Below, piece by piece: positions 40,231-55,600 of a stretch of DNA of 64,000 nt. Below the pieces are notes generated by a model that saw only the letters and a list, made by a program, of their open reading frames with translations, had not been told where the DNA came from and did not search any database. The stretch's first letter is position 1, and every line of letters begins with the position of its first letter. Source of the DNA: Auanema rhodensis (taxonomy: Eukaryota; Animalia; Nematoda); contig OZ059894.1 in assembly GCA_964057225.1 (NCBI GenBank), positions 23,064,001-23,128,000 of the forward strand. Reading direction: 5' to 3'. The translations under genes were made by a program, and so were the position numbers.

Positions 40231-43200
40231 GAATTTTTATTGATATTGGTTCATGGTAACCATGTCTTTGAAATTTACGTGAACTTTAATTTATGCTAAT
40301 TAAATGTACACGTGATGTGCACTTGGTATGTAACTCGCTTCACGTGAAAGATAAAGAGATGCGGTTTTCAAAATTAGATTCCCCATGTCCATATTAGTCT
40401 AAAAACAAATTGTTATTGATATTGGTTCATGGTAACCATGACTTTGAAATTTACGTGAACTTTAATTTATGCTAATTAAATGTACACGTGATGTGCACTT
40501 GGTATGTAACTCGCTTCACGTGAAAGATAAAGAGATGCGGTTTTCAAAATTAGATTCCCCATGTCCATATTAGTCTAAAAACAAATTTTTATTGATATTG
40601 GTGCATGGTAACCATGACTTTGAAATTTACGTGAACTTTAATTTATGCTAATTAAATGTACACGTGATGTGCACTTGGTATGTAACTCGCTTCACGTGAA
40701 AGATAAAGAGATGCGGTTTTCAAAATTAGATTCCCCATGTCCATATTAGTCTAAAAACAAATTTTTATTGATATTGGTGCATGGTAACCATTACTTTGAA
40801 ATTTACGTGAACTTTAATTTATGCTAATTAAATGTACACGTGATGTGCACTTGGTATGTAACTCGCTTCACGTGAAAGATAAAGAGATGCGGTTTTCAAA
40901 ATTAGATTCCCCATGTCCATATTAGTCTAAAAACAAATTTTTATTGATATTGGTGCATGGTAACCATGTCTTTGAAATTTACGTGAACTTCAATTTATGC
41001 TAATTAAATGTACACGTGATGTGCACTTCGTATGTAACTCGCTTCACGTGAAAGATAAAGAGATGCGGTTTTTAAAATTAGATTCCCCATGTCCATATTA
41101 GTCTAAAAACAAATTTTTATTGATATTGGTTCATGGTAACCATGACTTTGAAATTTACGTGAACTTTAATTTATGCTAATTAAATGTACACGTGATGTGC
41201 ACTTGGTATGTAACTCGCTTCACGTGAAAGATAAAGAGATGCGGTTTTCAAAATTAGATTCCCCATGTCCATATTAGTCTAAAAACAAACTTTTATTGAT
41301 ATTGGTGCATGGTAACCATGTCTTTGGAATTTACGTGAACTTTAATTTATGCTAATTAAATGTACACGTGATGTGCACTTGGTATGTAACTCGCTTCACG
41401 TGAAAGATAAAGAGATGCGGTTTTCAAAATTAGATTCCCCATGTCCATATTAGTCTAAAAACAAATTTTTATTGATATTGGTTCATGGTAACCATGACTT
41501 TGAAATTTACGTGAACTTTAATTTATGCTAATTAAATGTACACGTGATGTGCACTTGGTGTGTAACTCGCTTCAGGTGAAAGATAAAGAGATGCGGTTTT
41601 CAAAATTAGATTCCCCATGTTCATATTAGTCTAAAAACAAACTTTTATTGATATTGGTGCATGGTAACCATGTCTTTGAAATTTACGTGAACTTTAATTT
41701 ATGCTAATTAAATGTACACGTGATGTGCACTTGGTATGTAACTCGCTTCACGTGAAAGATAAAGAGATGCGGTTTTTAAAATTAGATTCCCCATGTCCAT
41801 ATTAGTCTAAAAAAAATTTTTTATTGATATTGGTGCATGGTAACCATGACTTTGAAATTTACGTGAACTTTAATTTATGCTAATTAAATGTACACGTGAT
41901 GTGCACTTGGTATGTAACTCGCTTCACGTGAAAGATAAAGAGATGCGGTTTTTAAAATTAGATTCCCCATGTCCATATTAGTCTAAAAAAAAATTTTTAT
42001 TGATATTGGTGCATGGTAACCATGACTTTGAAATTTACGTGAACTTTAATTTATGCTAATTAAATGTACACGTGATGTGCACTTGGTATGTAACTCGCTT
42101 CACGTGAAAGATAAAGAGATGCGGTTTTCAAAATTAGATTCCCCATGTCCATATTAGTCTAAAAACAAATTTTTATTGATATTGGTGCATGGTAACCATG
42201 ACTTTGAAATTTACGTGAACTTTAATTTATGCTAATTAAATGTACAAGTGATGAGCACTTGGTATGTAACTCGCTTCACGTGAAAGATAAAGAGATGCGG
42301 TTTTCAAAATTAGATTCCCCATGTCCATATTAGTCTACAAACAAATTTTTATTGATATTGGTGCATGGTAACCATGACTTTGAAATTTACGTGAACTTTA
42401 ATTTATGCTAATTAAATGTACACGTGATGTGCACTTGGTATGTAACTCGCTTCACGTGAAAGATAAAGAGATGCGGTTTTCAAAATTAGATTCCCCATGT
42501 CCATATTAGTCTAAAAACAAATTTTTATTGATATTGGTTCATGGTAACCATGACTTTGAAATTTACGTGAACTTTAATTTATGCTAATTAAATGTACACG
42601 TGATGTGCACTCGGTATTTAACTCGCTTTACGTGAAAGATAAAGAGATGCGGTTTTCAAAATTAGAATCCCCATGTCCATATTAGTCTAAAAACAAATTT
42701 TTATTGATATTGGTTCATGGTAACCATGACTTTGAAATTTACGTGAACTTTAATTTATGCTAATTAAATGTACACGTGATGTGCACTTGGTATGTAACTC
42801 GCTTCAGGTGAAAGATAAAGAGATGCGGTTTTCAAAATTAGATTCCCCATGTTCATATTAGTCTAAAAACAAACTTTTATTGATATTGGTGCATGGTAAC
42901 CATGTCTTTGAAATTTACGTGAACTTTAATTTATGCTAATTAAATGTACGCGTGATGTGCACTTGGTATGTAACTCGCTTCACGTGAAAGATAAAGAGAT
43001 GCGGTTTTCACAATTAGATTCCCCATGTTCATATTAGTCTAAAAACAAACTTTTATTGATATTGGTGCATGGTAACCATGTCTTTGAAATTTACGTGAAC
43101 TTTAAATTATGTTAATTAAATGTACACGTGATGTGCACTTGGTATGTAACTCGCTTCACGTGAATAATAAAGAGATGCGGTTTTCAAAATTAGATTCCCC

Positions 43201-46200
43201 ATGTCCATATTAGTCTAAAAACGAACTTGTATTGATATTGGTGCATGGTAACCATGTCTTTGGAATTTACGTGAACTTTAATTTATGCTAATTAAATGTA
43301 CACGTGATGTGCACTTGGTATGTAACTCGCTTCACGTGAAAGATAAAGAGATGCGGTTTTCAAAATTAGATTCCCCATGTCCATATTAATCTAAAAACAA
43401 ATTTTTATTGATATTGGTGCATGGTAACCATGACTTTGAAATTTACGTGAACTTTAATTTATGCTAATTAAATGTACACGTGATGTGCACTTGGTATGTA
43501 ACTCGCTTCACGTGAAAGATAAAGAGATGCGGTTTTTAAAATTAGATGCCCCATGTCCATATTAGTCTAAAAAAAAATTTTTATTGATATTGGTGCATGG
43601 TAACCATGACTTTGAAATTTACGTGAACTTTAATTTATGCTAATTAAATGTACACGTGATGTGCACTTGGTATGTAACTCGCTTCACGTGAAAGATAAAG
43701 AGATGCGGTTTTCAAAATTAGATTCCCCATGTCCATATTAGTCTAAAAACAAATTTTTATTGATATTGGTGCATGGTAACCATGACTTTGAAATTTACGT
43801 GAACTTTAATTTATGCTAATTAAATGTACACGTGATGAGCACTTGGTATGTAACTCGCTTCACGTGAAAGATAAAGAGATGCGGTTTTCAAAATTAGATT
43901 CCCCATGTCCATATTAGTCTACAAACAAATTTTTATTGATATTGGTGCATGGTAACCATGACTTTGAAATTTACGTGAACTTTAATTTATGCTAATTAAA
44001 TGTACACGTGATGTGCACTTGGTATGTAACTCGCTTCACGTGAAAGATAAAGAGATGCGGTTTTTAAAATTAGATGCCCCATGTCCATATTAGTCTAAAA
44101 AAAAATTTTTATTGATATTGGTGCATGGTAACCATGACTTTGAAATTTACGTGAACTTTAATTTATGCTAATTAAATGTACACGTGATGTGCACTTGGTA
44201 TGTAACTCGCTTCACGTGAAAGATAAAGAGATGCGGTTTTCAAAATTAGATTCCCCATGTCCATATTAATCTAAAAACAAATTTTTATTGATATTGGTGC
44301 ATGGTAACCATGACTTTGAAATTTACGTGAACTTTAATTTATGCTAATTAAATGTACACGTGATGTGCACTTGGTATGTAACTCGCTTCACGTGAAAGAT
44401 AAAGAGATGCGGTTTTTAAAATTAGATGCCCCATGTCCATATTAGTCTAAAAAAAAATTTTTATTGATATTGGTGCATGGTAACCATGTCTTTGAAATTT
44501 ACGTGAACTTTAATTTATGCTAATTAAATGTACACGTGATGTGCACTTGGTATGTAACTCGCTTCACGTGAAATATAAAGAGATGCGGTTTTCAAAATTA
44601 GATTCCCCATGTCCATATTAGTCTAAAAGAAATTTTTATTGATATTGGTTCATGGTAACCATGACTTTGAAATTTACGTGAACTTTAATTTATGCTAATT
44701 AAATGTACACGTGATGTGCACTTGGTATGTAACTCGCTTCACGTGAAAGATAAAAAGATGCGGTTTTCAAAATTAGATTCCTCATGTCCATATTAGTCTA
44801 AAAACAAATTTTTATTGATATTGGTGCATGGTAACCATGACTTTGAAATTTACGTGAACTTTAATTTATGCTAATTAAATGTACACGTGATGTGCACTTG
44901 GTATGTAACTCGCTTCACGTGAAAGATAAAGAAATGCGGTTTTCAAAATTAGATTCCCCATGTCCATATTAGTCTAAAAACAAATTTTTATTGATATTGG
45001 TGCATGGTAACCATGACTTTGAAATTTACGTGAACTTTAATTTATGCTAATTAAATGTACACGTGATGTGCACTTGGTATGTAACTCGCTTCACGTGAAA
45101 GATAAAGAGATGCGGTTTTCAAAATTAGATTCCCCAAGTCCATATTAGTCTAAAAACAAATTTTTATTGATATTGGTGCATGGTAACCATGTCTTTGAAA
45201 TTTACGTGAACTTTAATTTATGCTAATTCAATGTACACGTGATGTGCACTTGGTATGTAACTCGCTTCACGTAAAAGATAAAGAGATGCGGTTTCCAAAA
45301 TTAGATTCCCCATGTCCATATTAGTCTAAAAACAAATTTTTATTGATATTGGTGCGTGGTAACCATGACTTTGAAATTTACGTGAACTTTAATTTATGCT
45401 AATTAAATGTACACGTGATGTGCACTTGGTATGTAACTCGCTTCAGGTGAAAGATAAACAGATGCGGTTTTCAAAATTAGATTCCCCATGTCCATATTAG
45501 TCTAAAAACAAATTTTTATTGATAATGGTTCATTGTAACCATGACTTTGAAATTTACGTGAACTTTAATTCATGCTAATTAAATGTACACGTGATGTGCA
45601 CTTGGTATGTAACTCGCTTCACGTGAAAGATAAAGAGATGCGGTTTTCAAAATTAGATTCCCCATGTCCATATTAGTCTAAAAACAAACTTTTATTGATA
45701 TTGGTGCATGGTAACCATGTCTTTGAAATTTACGTGAACTTTAATTTATGCTAATTAAATGTACACGTGATGTGCACTTGGTATGTAACTCGCTTCACGT
45801 GAAAGATAAAAAGATGCGGTTTTCAAAATTAGATTCCCCATGTCCATATTAGTCTAAAAACAAATTTTTATTGATATTGGTGCGTGGTAACCATGACTTT
45901 GAAATTTACGTGAACTTTAATTTATGCTAATTAAATGTACACGTGATGTGCACTTGGTATGTAACTCGCTTCAGGTGAAAGATAAACAGATGCGGTTTTC
46001 AAAATTAGATTCCCCATGTCCATATTAGTCTAAAAACAAATTTTTATTGATAATGGTTCATTGTAACCATGACTTTGAAATTTACGTGAACTTTAATTCA
46101 TGCTAATTAAATGTACACGTGATGTGCACTTGGTATGTAACTCGCTTCACGTGAAAGATAAAGAGATGCGGTTTTCAAAATTAGATTCCCCATGTCCATA

Positions 46201-47339
46201 TTAGTCTAAAAACAAATTTTTATTGATATTGGTGCATGGTAACCATGTCTTTGAAATTTACGTGAACTTTAATTTATGCTAATTAAATGTACACGTGATG
46301 TGCACTTGGTATGTAACTCGCTTCACGTGAAAGATAAAGAGATGCGGTTTTCAAAATTAGATTCCCCATGTCCATATTAGTCTAAAAGAAATTTTTATTG
46401 ATATTGGTTCATGGTAACCATGACTTTGAAATTTACGTGAACTTTAATTTATGCTAATTAAATGTACACGTGATGTGCACTTGGTATGTAACTCGCTTCA
46501 CGTGAAAGATAAAAAGATGCGGTTTTCAAAATTAGATTCCTCATGTCCATATTAGTCTAAAAACAAATTTTTATTGATATTGGTGCATGGTAACCATGAC
46601 TTTGAAATTTACGTGAACTTTAATTTATGCTAATTAAATGTACACGTGATGTGCACTTGGTATGTAACTCGCTTCACGTGAAAGATAAAGAAATGCGGTT
46701 TTCAAAATTAGATTCCCCATGTCCATATTAGTCTAAAAACAAATTTTTATTGATATTGGTGCATGGTAACCATGTCTTTGAAATTTACGTGAACTTTAAT
46801 TTATGCTAATTAAATGTACACGTGATGTGCACTTGGTATGTAATTCGCTTCACGTGAAAGATAAAGAGATGCGGTTTTCAAAATTAGATTCCCCATGTCC
46901 ATATTAGTCTAAAAACAAATTTTTATTGATATTGGTTCATGGTAACCATGACTTTGAAATTTACGTGAACTTTAATTTATGCTAATTAAATGTACACGTG
47001 ATGTGCACTTGGTATGTAACTCGCTTCAGGTGAAAGATAAAGAGATGCGGTTTTCAAAATTAGATTCCCCATGTCCATATTAGTCTAAAAACAAATTTTT
47101 ATTGATATTGGTTCATGGTAACCATGACTTTGAAATTTACGTGAACTTTAATTCATGCTAATTAAATGTACACGTGATTTGCACTTGGTATGCAACTCGC
47201 TTCACGTGAAAGATAAAGAGATGCGGTTTTCAAAATTAGATTCCGCATGTCCATATTAGTCTAAAAACAAACTTTTATTGATATTGGTGCATGGTAACCA
47301 TGTCTTTGGAATTTACGTGAACTTTAATTTATGCTAATT

Positions 47340-50300
47340 AAATGTACACGTGATGTGCACTTGGTATGTAACTCGCTTCACGTGAAAGATAAAGAGATGC
47401 GGTATGCAAAATTAGATTCCCCATGTCCATATTAGTCTAAAAACAAATTTTTATTGATATTGGTGCATGGTAACCATGACTTTGAAATTTACGTGAACTT
47501 TAATTTATGCTAATTAAATGTACACGTGATGTGCACTTGGTATGTAACTCGCTTCACGTGAAAGATAAAGAGATGCGGTTTTCAAAATTAGATTCCCCAA
47601 GTCCATATTAGTCTAAAAACAAATTTTTATTGATATTGGTGCATGGTAACCATGTCTTTGAAATTTACGTGAACTTTAATTTATGCTAATTCAATGTACA
47701 CGTGATGTGCACTTGGTATGTAACTCGCTTCACGTAAAAGATAAAGAGATGCGGTTTCCAAAATTAGATTCCCCATGTCCATATTAGTCTAAAAACAAAT
47801 TTTTATTGATATTGGTGCGTGGTAACCATGACTTTGAAATTTACGTGAACTTTAATTTATGCTAATTAAATGTACACGTGATGTGCACTTGGTATGTAAC
47901 TCGCTTCAGGTGAAAGATAAACAGATGCGGTTTTCAAAATTAGATTCCCCATGTCCATATTAGTCTAAAAACAAATTTTTATTGATAATGGTTCATTGTA
48001 ACCATGACTTTGAAATTTACGTGAACTTTAATTCATGCTAATTAAATGTACACGTGATGTGCACTTGGTATGTAACTCGCTTCACGTGAAAGATAAAGAG
48101 ATGCGGTTTTCAAAATTAGATTCCCCATGTCCATATTAGTCTAAAAACAAACTTTTATTGATATTGGTGCATGGTAACCATGTCTTTGGAATTTACGTGA
48201 ACTTTAATTTATGCTAATTAAATGTACACGTGATGTGCACTTGGTATGTAACTCGCTTCACGTGAAAGATAAAGAGATGCGGTTTTCAAAATTAGATTTC
48301 CCATGTCCATATTAGTCTAAAAACAAATTTTTATTGATATTGGTTCATGGTAACCATGACTTTGAAATTTACGTGAACTTTAATTTATGCTAATTAAATG
48401 TACACGTGATGTGCACTTGGTATGTAACTCGCTTCACGTGAAAGATAAAGAGATGCGGTTTTCAAAATTAGATTCCCCATGTCCATATTAGTCTAAAAAC
48501 AAATTTTTATTGATATTGGTGCATGGTAACCATGACTTTGAAATTTACGTGAACTTTAATTTATGCTAATTAAATGTACACGTGATGTGCACTTGGTATG
48601 TAACTCGCTTCACGTGAAAGATAAAGAGATGCGGTTTTCAAAATTAGATTCCCCATGTCCATATTAGTCTAAAAACAAATTTTTATTGATATTGGTGCAT
48701 GGTAACCATGTCTTTGAAATTTACGTGAACTTTAATTTATGCTAATTAAATGTACACGTGATGTGCACTCGGTATGTAACTCGCTTCACGTGAAAGATAA
48801 AGAGATGCGGTTTTCAAAATTAGAATCCTCATGTCCATATTAGTCTAAAAACAAATTTTTATTGATATTGGTTCATGGTAACCATGACTTTGAAATTTAC
48901 GTGAACTTTAATTCATGCTAATTAAATGTACACGTGATGTGCACATGGTATGTAACTCGCTTCACGTGAAAGATAAAGAGATGCGGTTTTCAAAATTAGA
49001 TTCCCCATGTCCATATTAGTCTGAAAACAAATTTTTATTGATATTGGTTCATGGTAACCATGACTTTGAAATTTACGTGAACTTTAATTTATGCTAATTA
49101 AATGTACACGTGATGTGCACTTGGTATGTAACTCGCTTCACGTAAAAGATAAAGAGATGCGGTTTTCAAAATTAGATTCCCCATGTCCATATTAGTCTAA
49201 AAACAAATTTTTATTGATATTGGTGCATGGTAACAATGACTTTGAAATTTACGTGAACTTTAATTTATGCTAATTAAATGTACACGTGATGTGCACTTGG
49301 TATGTAACTCGCTTCACGTGAAAGATAAAGAGATGCGGTTTTCAAAATTAGATTCCCCATGTCCATATTAGTCTAAAAAAAAATTTTTATTGATATTGGT
49401 TCATGGTAACCATGACTTTGAAATTTACGTGAACTTTAATTTATGCTAATTAAATGTACACGTGATGAGCACTTGGTATGTAACTCGCTTCACGTGAAAG
49501 ATAAAGAGATGCGGTTTTCAAAATTAGATTCCCCATGTCCATATTAGTCTAAAAACAAATTTTTATTGATATTGGTTCATGGTAACCATGACTTTGAAAT
49601 TTACGTGAACTTTAATTTATGCTAATTAAATGTACACGTGATGTGCACTTGGTATGTAACTCGCTTCACGTGAAAGATAAAGAGATGCGGTTTTCAAAAT
49701 TAGATTCCCCATGTCCATATTAGTCTAAAAACAAACTTTTATTGATATTGGTGCATGGTAACCATGTCTTTGGAATTTACGTGAACTTTAATTTATGCTA
49801 ATTAAATGTACACGTGATGTGCACTTGGTATGTAACTCGCTTCACGTGAAAGATAAAGAGATGCGGTTTTCAAAATTAGATTCCCCATGTCCATATTAGT
49901 CTAAAAACAAATTTTTATTGATATTGGTTCATGGTAACCATGACTTTGAAATTTACGTGAACTTTAATTTATGCTAATTAAATGTACACGTGATGTGCAC
50001 TTGGTATGTAACTCGCTTCACGTGAAAGATAAAGAGATGCGGTATGCAAAATTAGATTCCCCATGTCCATATTAGTCTAAAAACAAATTTTTATTGATAT
50101 TGGTGCATGGTAACCATGACTTTGAAATTTACGTGAACTTTAATTTATGCTAATTAAATGTACACGTGATGTGCACTTGGTATGTAACTCGCTTCACGTG
50201 AAAGATAAAGAGATGCGGTTTTCAAAATTAGATTCCCCAAGTCCATATTAGTCTAAAAACAAATTTTTATTGATATTGGTGCATGGTAACCATGTCTTTG

Positions 50301-52620
50301 AAATTTACGTGAACTTTAATTTATGCTAATTCAATGTACACGTGATGTGCACTTGGTATGTAACTCGCTTCACGTAAAAGATAAAGAGATGCGGTTTCCA
50401 AAATTAGATTCCCCATGTCCATATTAGTCTAAAAACAAATTTTTATTGATATTGGTGCGTGGTAACCATGACTTTGAAATTTACGTGAACTTTAATTTAT
50501 GCTAATTAAATGTACACGTGATGTGCACTTGGTATGTAACTCGCTTCAGGTGAAAGATAAACAGATGCGGTTTTCAAAATTAGATTCCCCATGTCCATAT
50601 TAGTCTAAAAACAAATTTTTATTGATAATGGTTCATTGTAACCATGACTTTGAAATTTACGTGAACTTTAATTCATGCTAATTAAATGTACACGTGATGT
50701 GCACTTGGTATGTAACTCGCTTCACGTGAAAGATAAAGAGATGCGGTTTTCAAAATTAGATTCCCCATGTCCATATTAGTCTAAAAACAAACTTTTATTG
50801 ATATTGGTGCATGGTAACCATGTCTTTGGAATTTACGTGAACTTTAATTTATGCTAATTAAATGTACACGTGCTGTGCACTTGGTATGTAACTCGCTTCA
50901 CGTGAAAGATAAAGAGATGCGGTTTTCAAAATTAGATTTCCCATGTCCATATTAGTCTAAAAACAAATTTTTATTGATATTGGTTCATGGTAACCATGAC
51001 TTTGAAATTTACGTGAACTTTAATTTATGCTAATTAAATGTACACGTGATGTGCACTTGGTATGTAACTCGCTTCACGTGAAAGATAAAGAGATGCGGTT
51101 TTCAAAATTAGATTCCCCATGTCCATATTAGTCTAAAAACAAATTTTTATTGATATTGGTGCATGGTAACCATGACTTTGAAATTTACGTGAACTTTAAT
51201 TTATGCTAATTAAATGTACACGTGATGTGCACTTGGTATGTAACTCGCTTCACGTGAAAGATAAAGAGATGCGGTTTTCAAATATAGATTCCCCATGTCC
51301 ATATTAGTCTAAAAACAAATTTTTATTGATATTGGTGCATGGTAACCATGTCTTTGAAATTTACGTGAACTTTAATTTATGCTAATTAAATGTACACGTG
51401 ATGTGCACTCGGTATGTAACTCGCTTCACGTGAAAGATAAAGAGATGCGGTTTTCAAAATTAGAATCCTCATGTCCATATTAGTCTAAAAACAAATTTTT
51501 ATTGATATTGGTTCATGGTAACCATGACTTTGAAATTTACGTGAACTTTAATTCATGCTAATTAAATGTACACGTGATGTGCACATGGTATGTAACTCGC
51601 TTCACGTGAAAGATAAAGAGATGCGGTTTTCAAAATTAGATTCCCCATGTCCATATTAGTCTGAAAACAAATTTTTATTGATATTGGTTCATGGTAACCA
51701 TGACTTTGAAATTTACGTGAACTTTAATTTATGCTAATTAAATGTACACGTGATGTGCACTTGGTATGTAACTCGCTTCACGTAAAAGATAAAGAGATGC
51801 GGTTTTCAAAATTAGATTCCCCATGTCCATATTAGTCTAAAAACAAATTTTTATTGATATTGGTGCATGGTAACAATGACTTTGAAATTTACGTGAACTT
51901 TAATTTATGCTAATTAAATGTACACGTGATGTGCACTTGGTATGTAACTCGCTTCACGTGAAAGATAAAGAGATGCGGTTTTCAAAATTAGATTCCCCAT
52001 GTCCATATTAGTCTAAAAAAAAATTTTTATTGATATTGGTTCATGGTAACCATGACTTTGAAATTTACGTGAACTTTAATTTATGCTAATTAAATGTACA
52101 CGTGATGAGCACTTGGTATGTAACTCGCTTCACGTGAAAGATAAAGAGATGCGGTTTTCAAAATTAGATTCCCCATGTCCATATTAGTCTAAAAACAAAT
52201 TTTTATTGATATTGGTTCATGGTAACCATGACTTTGAAATTTACGTGAACTTTAATTTATGCTAATTAAATGTACACGTGATGTGCACTTGGTATGTAAC
52301 TCGCTTCACGTGAAAGATAAAGAGATGCGGTTTTCAAAATTAGATTCCCCATGTCCATATTAGTCTAAAAACAAACTTTTATTGATATTGGTGCATGGTA
52401 ACCATGTCTTTGGAATTTACGTGAACTTTAATTTATGCTAATTAAATGTACACGTGATGTGCACTTGGTATGTAACTCGCTTCACGTGAAAGATAAAGAG
52501 ATGCGGTTTTCAAAATTAGATTCCCCATGTCCATATTAGTCTAAAAACAAATTTTTATTGATATTGGTTCATGGTAACCATGACTTTGAAATTTACGTGA
52601 ACTTTAATTTATGCTAATTA
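47340..52620 (+). repeat. SatB 15-mer higher-order tandem duplication (2 x 2640 bp)
   Basis: GGTATGCAAA occurs at 47401 and 50041. The following variants (CCCCAAGT, GTGCGTGG, AAACAGA, TTCATTGT, AGAATCCTC, CACATGG, TAACAATG, GATGAGC) recur at +2640. Confidence 0.9.
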
Positions 52621-55600
52621 AATGTACACGTGATGTGCACTTGGTATGTAACTCGCTTCACGTGAAAGATAAAGAGATGCGGTTTTTAAAATTAGATTCC
52701 CCATGTCCATATTAGTCTAAAAACAAATTTTTATTGATATTGGTTCATGGTAACCATGACTTTGAAATTTACGTGAACTTTAATTCATGCTAATTAAATG
52801 TACACGTGATGTGCACATGGTATGTAACTCGCTTCACGTGAAAGATAAAGAGATGCGGTTTTCAAAATTAGATTCCCCATGTCCATATTAGTCTGAAAAC
52901 AAATTTTTATTGATATTGGTTCATGGTAACCATGACTTTGAAATTTACGTGAACTTTAATTTATGCTAATTAAATGTACACGTGATGGGCACTTGGTATG
53001 TAACTCGCTTCACGTAAAAGATAAAGAGATGCGGTTTTCAAAATTAGATTCCCCATGTCCATATTAGTCTAAAAACAAACTTGTATTGATATTGGTGCAT
53101 GGTAACCATGTCTTTGGAATTTACGTGAACTTTAATTTATGCTAATTAAATGTACACGTGGTGTGCACTTGGTATGTAACTCGCTTCACGTGAAAGATAA
53201 AGAGATGCGGTTTTCAAAATTAGTTTCCCCATGTCCATATTAATCTAAAAACAAATTTTTATTGATATTGGTGAATGGTAACCATGACTTTGAAATTTAC
53301 GTGAACTTTAATTTATGCTAATTAAATGTACACGTGATGTGCACTTGGTATGTAACTCGCTTCACGTGAAAGATAAAGAGATGCGGTTTTCAAAATTAGA
53401 TTCCCCATGTCCATATTAGTCTAAAAACAAATTTTTATTGATATTGGTGCATGGTAACCATGACTTTGAAATTTACGTGAACTTTAATTTATGTTAATTA
53501 AATGTACACGTGATGTGCACTTGGTATGTAACTCGCTTCACGTGAATAATAAAGAGATGCGGTTTTCAAAATTAGATTCCCCATGTCCATATTAGTCTAA
53601 AAACAAACTTGTATTGATATTGGTGCATGGTAACCATGTCTTTGGAATTTACGTGAACTTTAATTTATGCTAATTAAATGTACACGTGATGTGCACTTCG
53701 TATGTAACTCGCTTCACGTGAAAGATAAAGAGATGCGGTTTTCAAAATTAGATTCCCCATGTCCATATTAGTCTAAAAACAAATTTTTATTGATACTGGT
53801 GCATGGTAACCATGACTTTGAAATTTACGTGAACTTTAATTTATGCTAATTAAATGTACACGTGATGTGCACTTGGTATGTAACTCGCTTCACGTGAAAG
53901 ATAAAGAGATGCGGTTTTCAAAATTAGATTCCCCATGTCCATATTAGTCTAAAAAAAAATTTTTATTGATATTGGTGCATGGTAACCATGACTTTGAAAT
54001 TTACGTGAACTTTAATTTATGCTAATTAAATGTACACGTGATGTGCACTTGGTATGTAACTCGCTTCACGTGAAAGATAAAGAGATGCGGTTTTCAAAAT
54101 TAGATTCCCCATGTCCATATTAGTCTAAAAACAAATTTTTATTGATATTGGTGCATGGTAACCATGACTTTGAAATTTACGTGAACTTTAATTTATGCTA
54201 ATTGAATGTACACGTGATGAGCACTTGGTATGTAACTCGCTTCACGTGAAAGATAAAGAGATGCGGTTTTCAAATTTAGATTCCCCATGTCCATATTAGT
54301 CTACAAACAAATTTTTATTGATATTGGTGCATGGTAACCATGACTTTGAAATTTACGTGAACTTTAATTTATGCTAATTAAATGTACACGTGATGTGCAC
54401 TTGGTATGTAACTCGCTTCACGTGAAAGATAAAGAGATGCGGTTTTCAAAATTAGATTCCCCATGTCCATATTAGTCTAAAAACAAATTTTTATTGATAT
54501 TGGTGCATGGTAACCATGACTTTGAAATTTACGTGAACTTTAATTTATGCTAATTAAATGTACACGTGATGTGCACTTGGTATGTAACTCGCTTCACGTG
54601 AAAGATAAAGAGATGCGGTTTTCAAATTTAGATTCCCCATGTCCATATTAGTCTACAAACAAATTTTTATTGATATTGGTGCATGGTAACCATGACTTTG
54701 AAATTTACGTGAACTTTAATTTATGCTAATTAAATGTACACGTGATGTGCACTTGGTATGTAACTCGCTTCACGTGAAAGATAAAGAGATGCGGTTTTCA
54801 AAATTAGATTCCCCATGTCCATATTAGTCTAAAAACAAATTTTTATTGATATTGGTGCATGGTAACCATGACTTTGAAATTTACGTGAACTTTAATTTAT
54901 GCTAATTAAATGTACACGTGATGTGCACTTGGTATGTAACTCGCTTCAGGTGAAAGATAAAGAGATGCGGTTTTCAAAATTAGATTCCCCATGTCCATAT
55001 TAGTCTAAAAACAAATTTTTATTGATATTGGTTCATGGTAACCATGACTTTGAAATTTACGTGAACTTTAATTCATGCTAATTAAATGTACACGTGATGT
55101 GCACTTGGTATGTAACTCGCTTCACGTGAAAGATAAAGAGATGCGGTTTTCAAAATTAGATTCCCCATGTCCATATTAGTCTAAAAACAAACTTTTATTG
55201 ATATTGGTGCATGGTAACCATGTCTTTGGAATTTACGTGAACTTTAATTTATGCTAATTAAATGTACACGTGATGTGCACTTGGTATGTAACTCGCTTCA
55301 CGTGAAAGATAAAGAGATGCGGTTTTCAAAATTAGATTCCCCATGTCCATATTAGTCTAAAAACAAATTTTTATTGATATTGGTGCATGGTAACCATGAC
55401 TTTGAAATTTACGTGAACTTTAATTTATGCTAATTGAATGTACACGTGATGAGCACTTGGTATGTAACTCGCTTCACGTGAAAGATAAAGAGATGCGGTT
55501 TTCAAATTTAGATTCCCCATGTCCATATTAGTCTACAAACAAATTTTTATTGATATTGGTGCATGGTAACCATGACTTTGAAATTTACGTGAACTTTAAT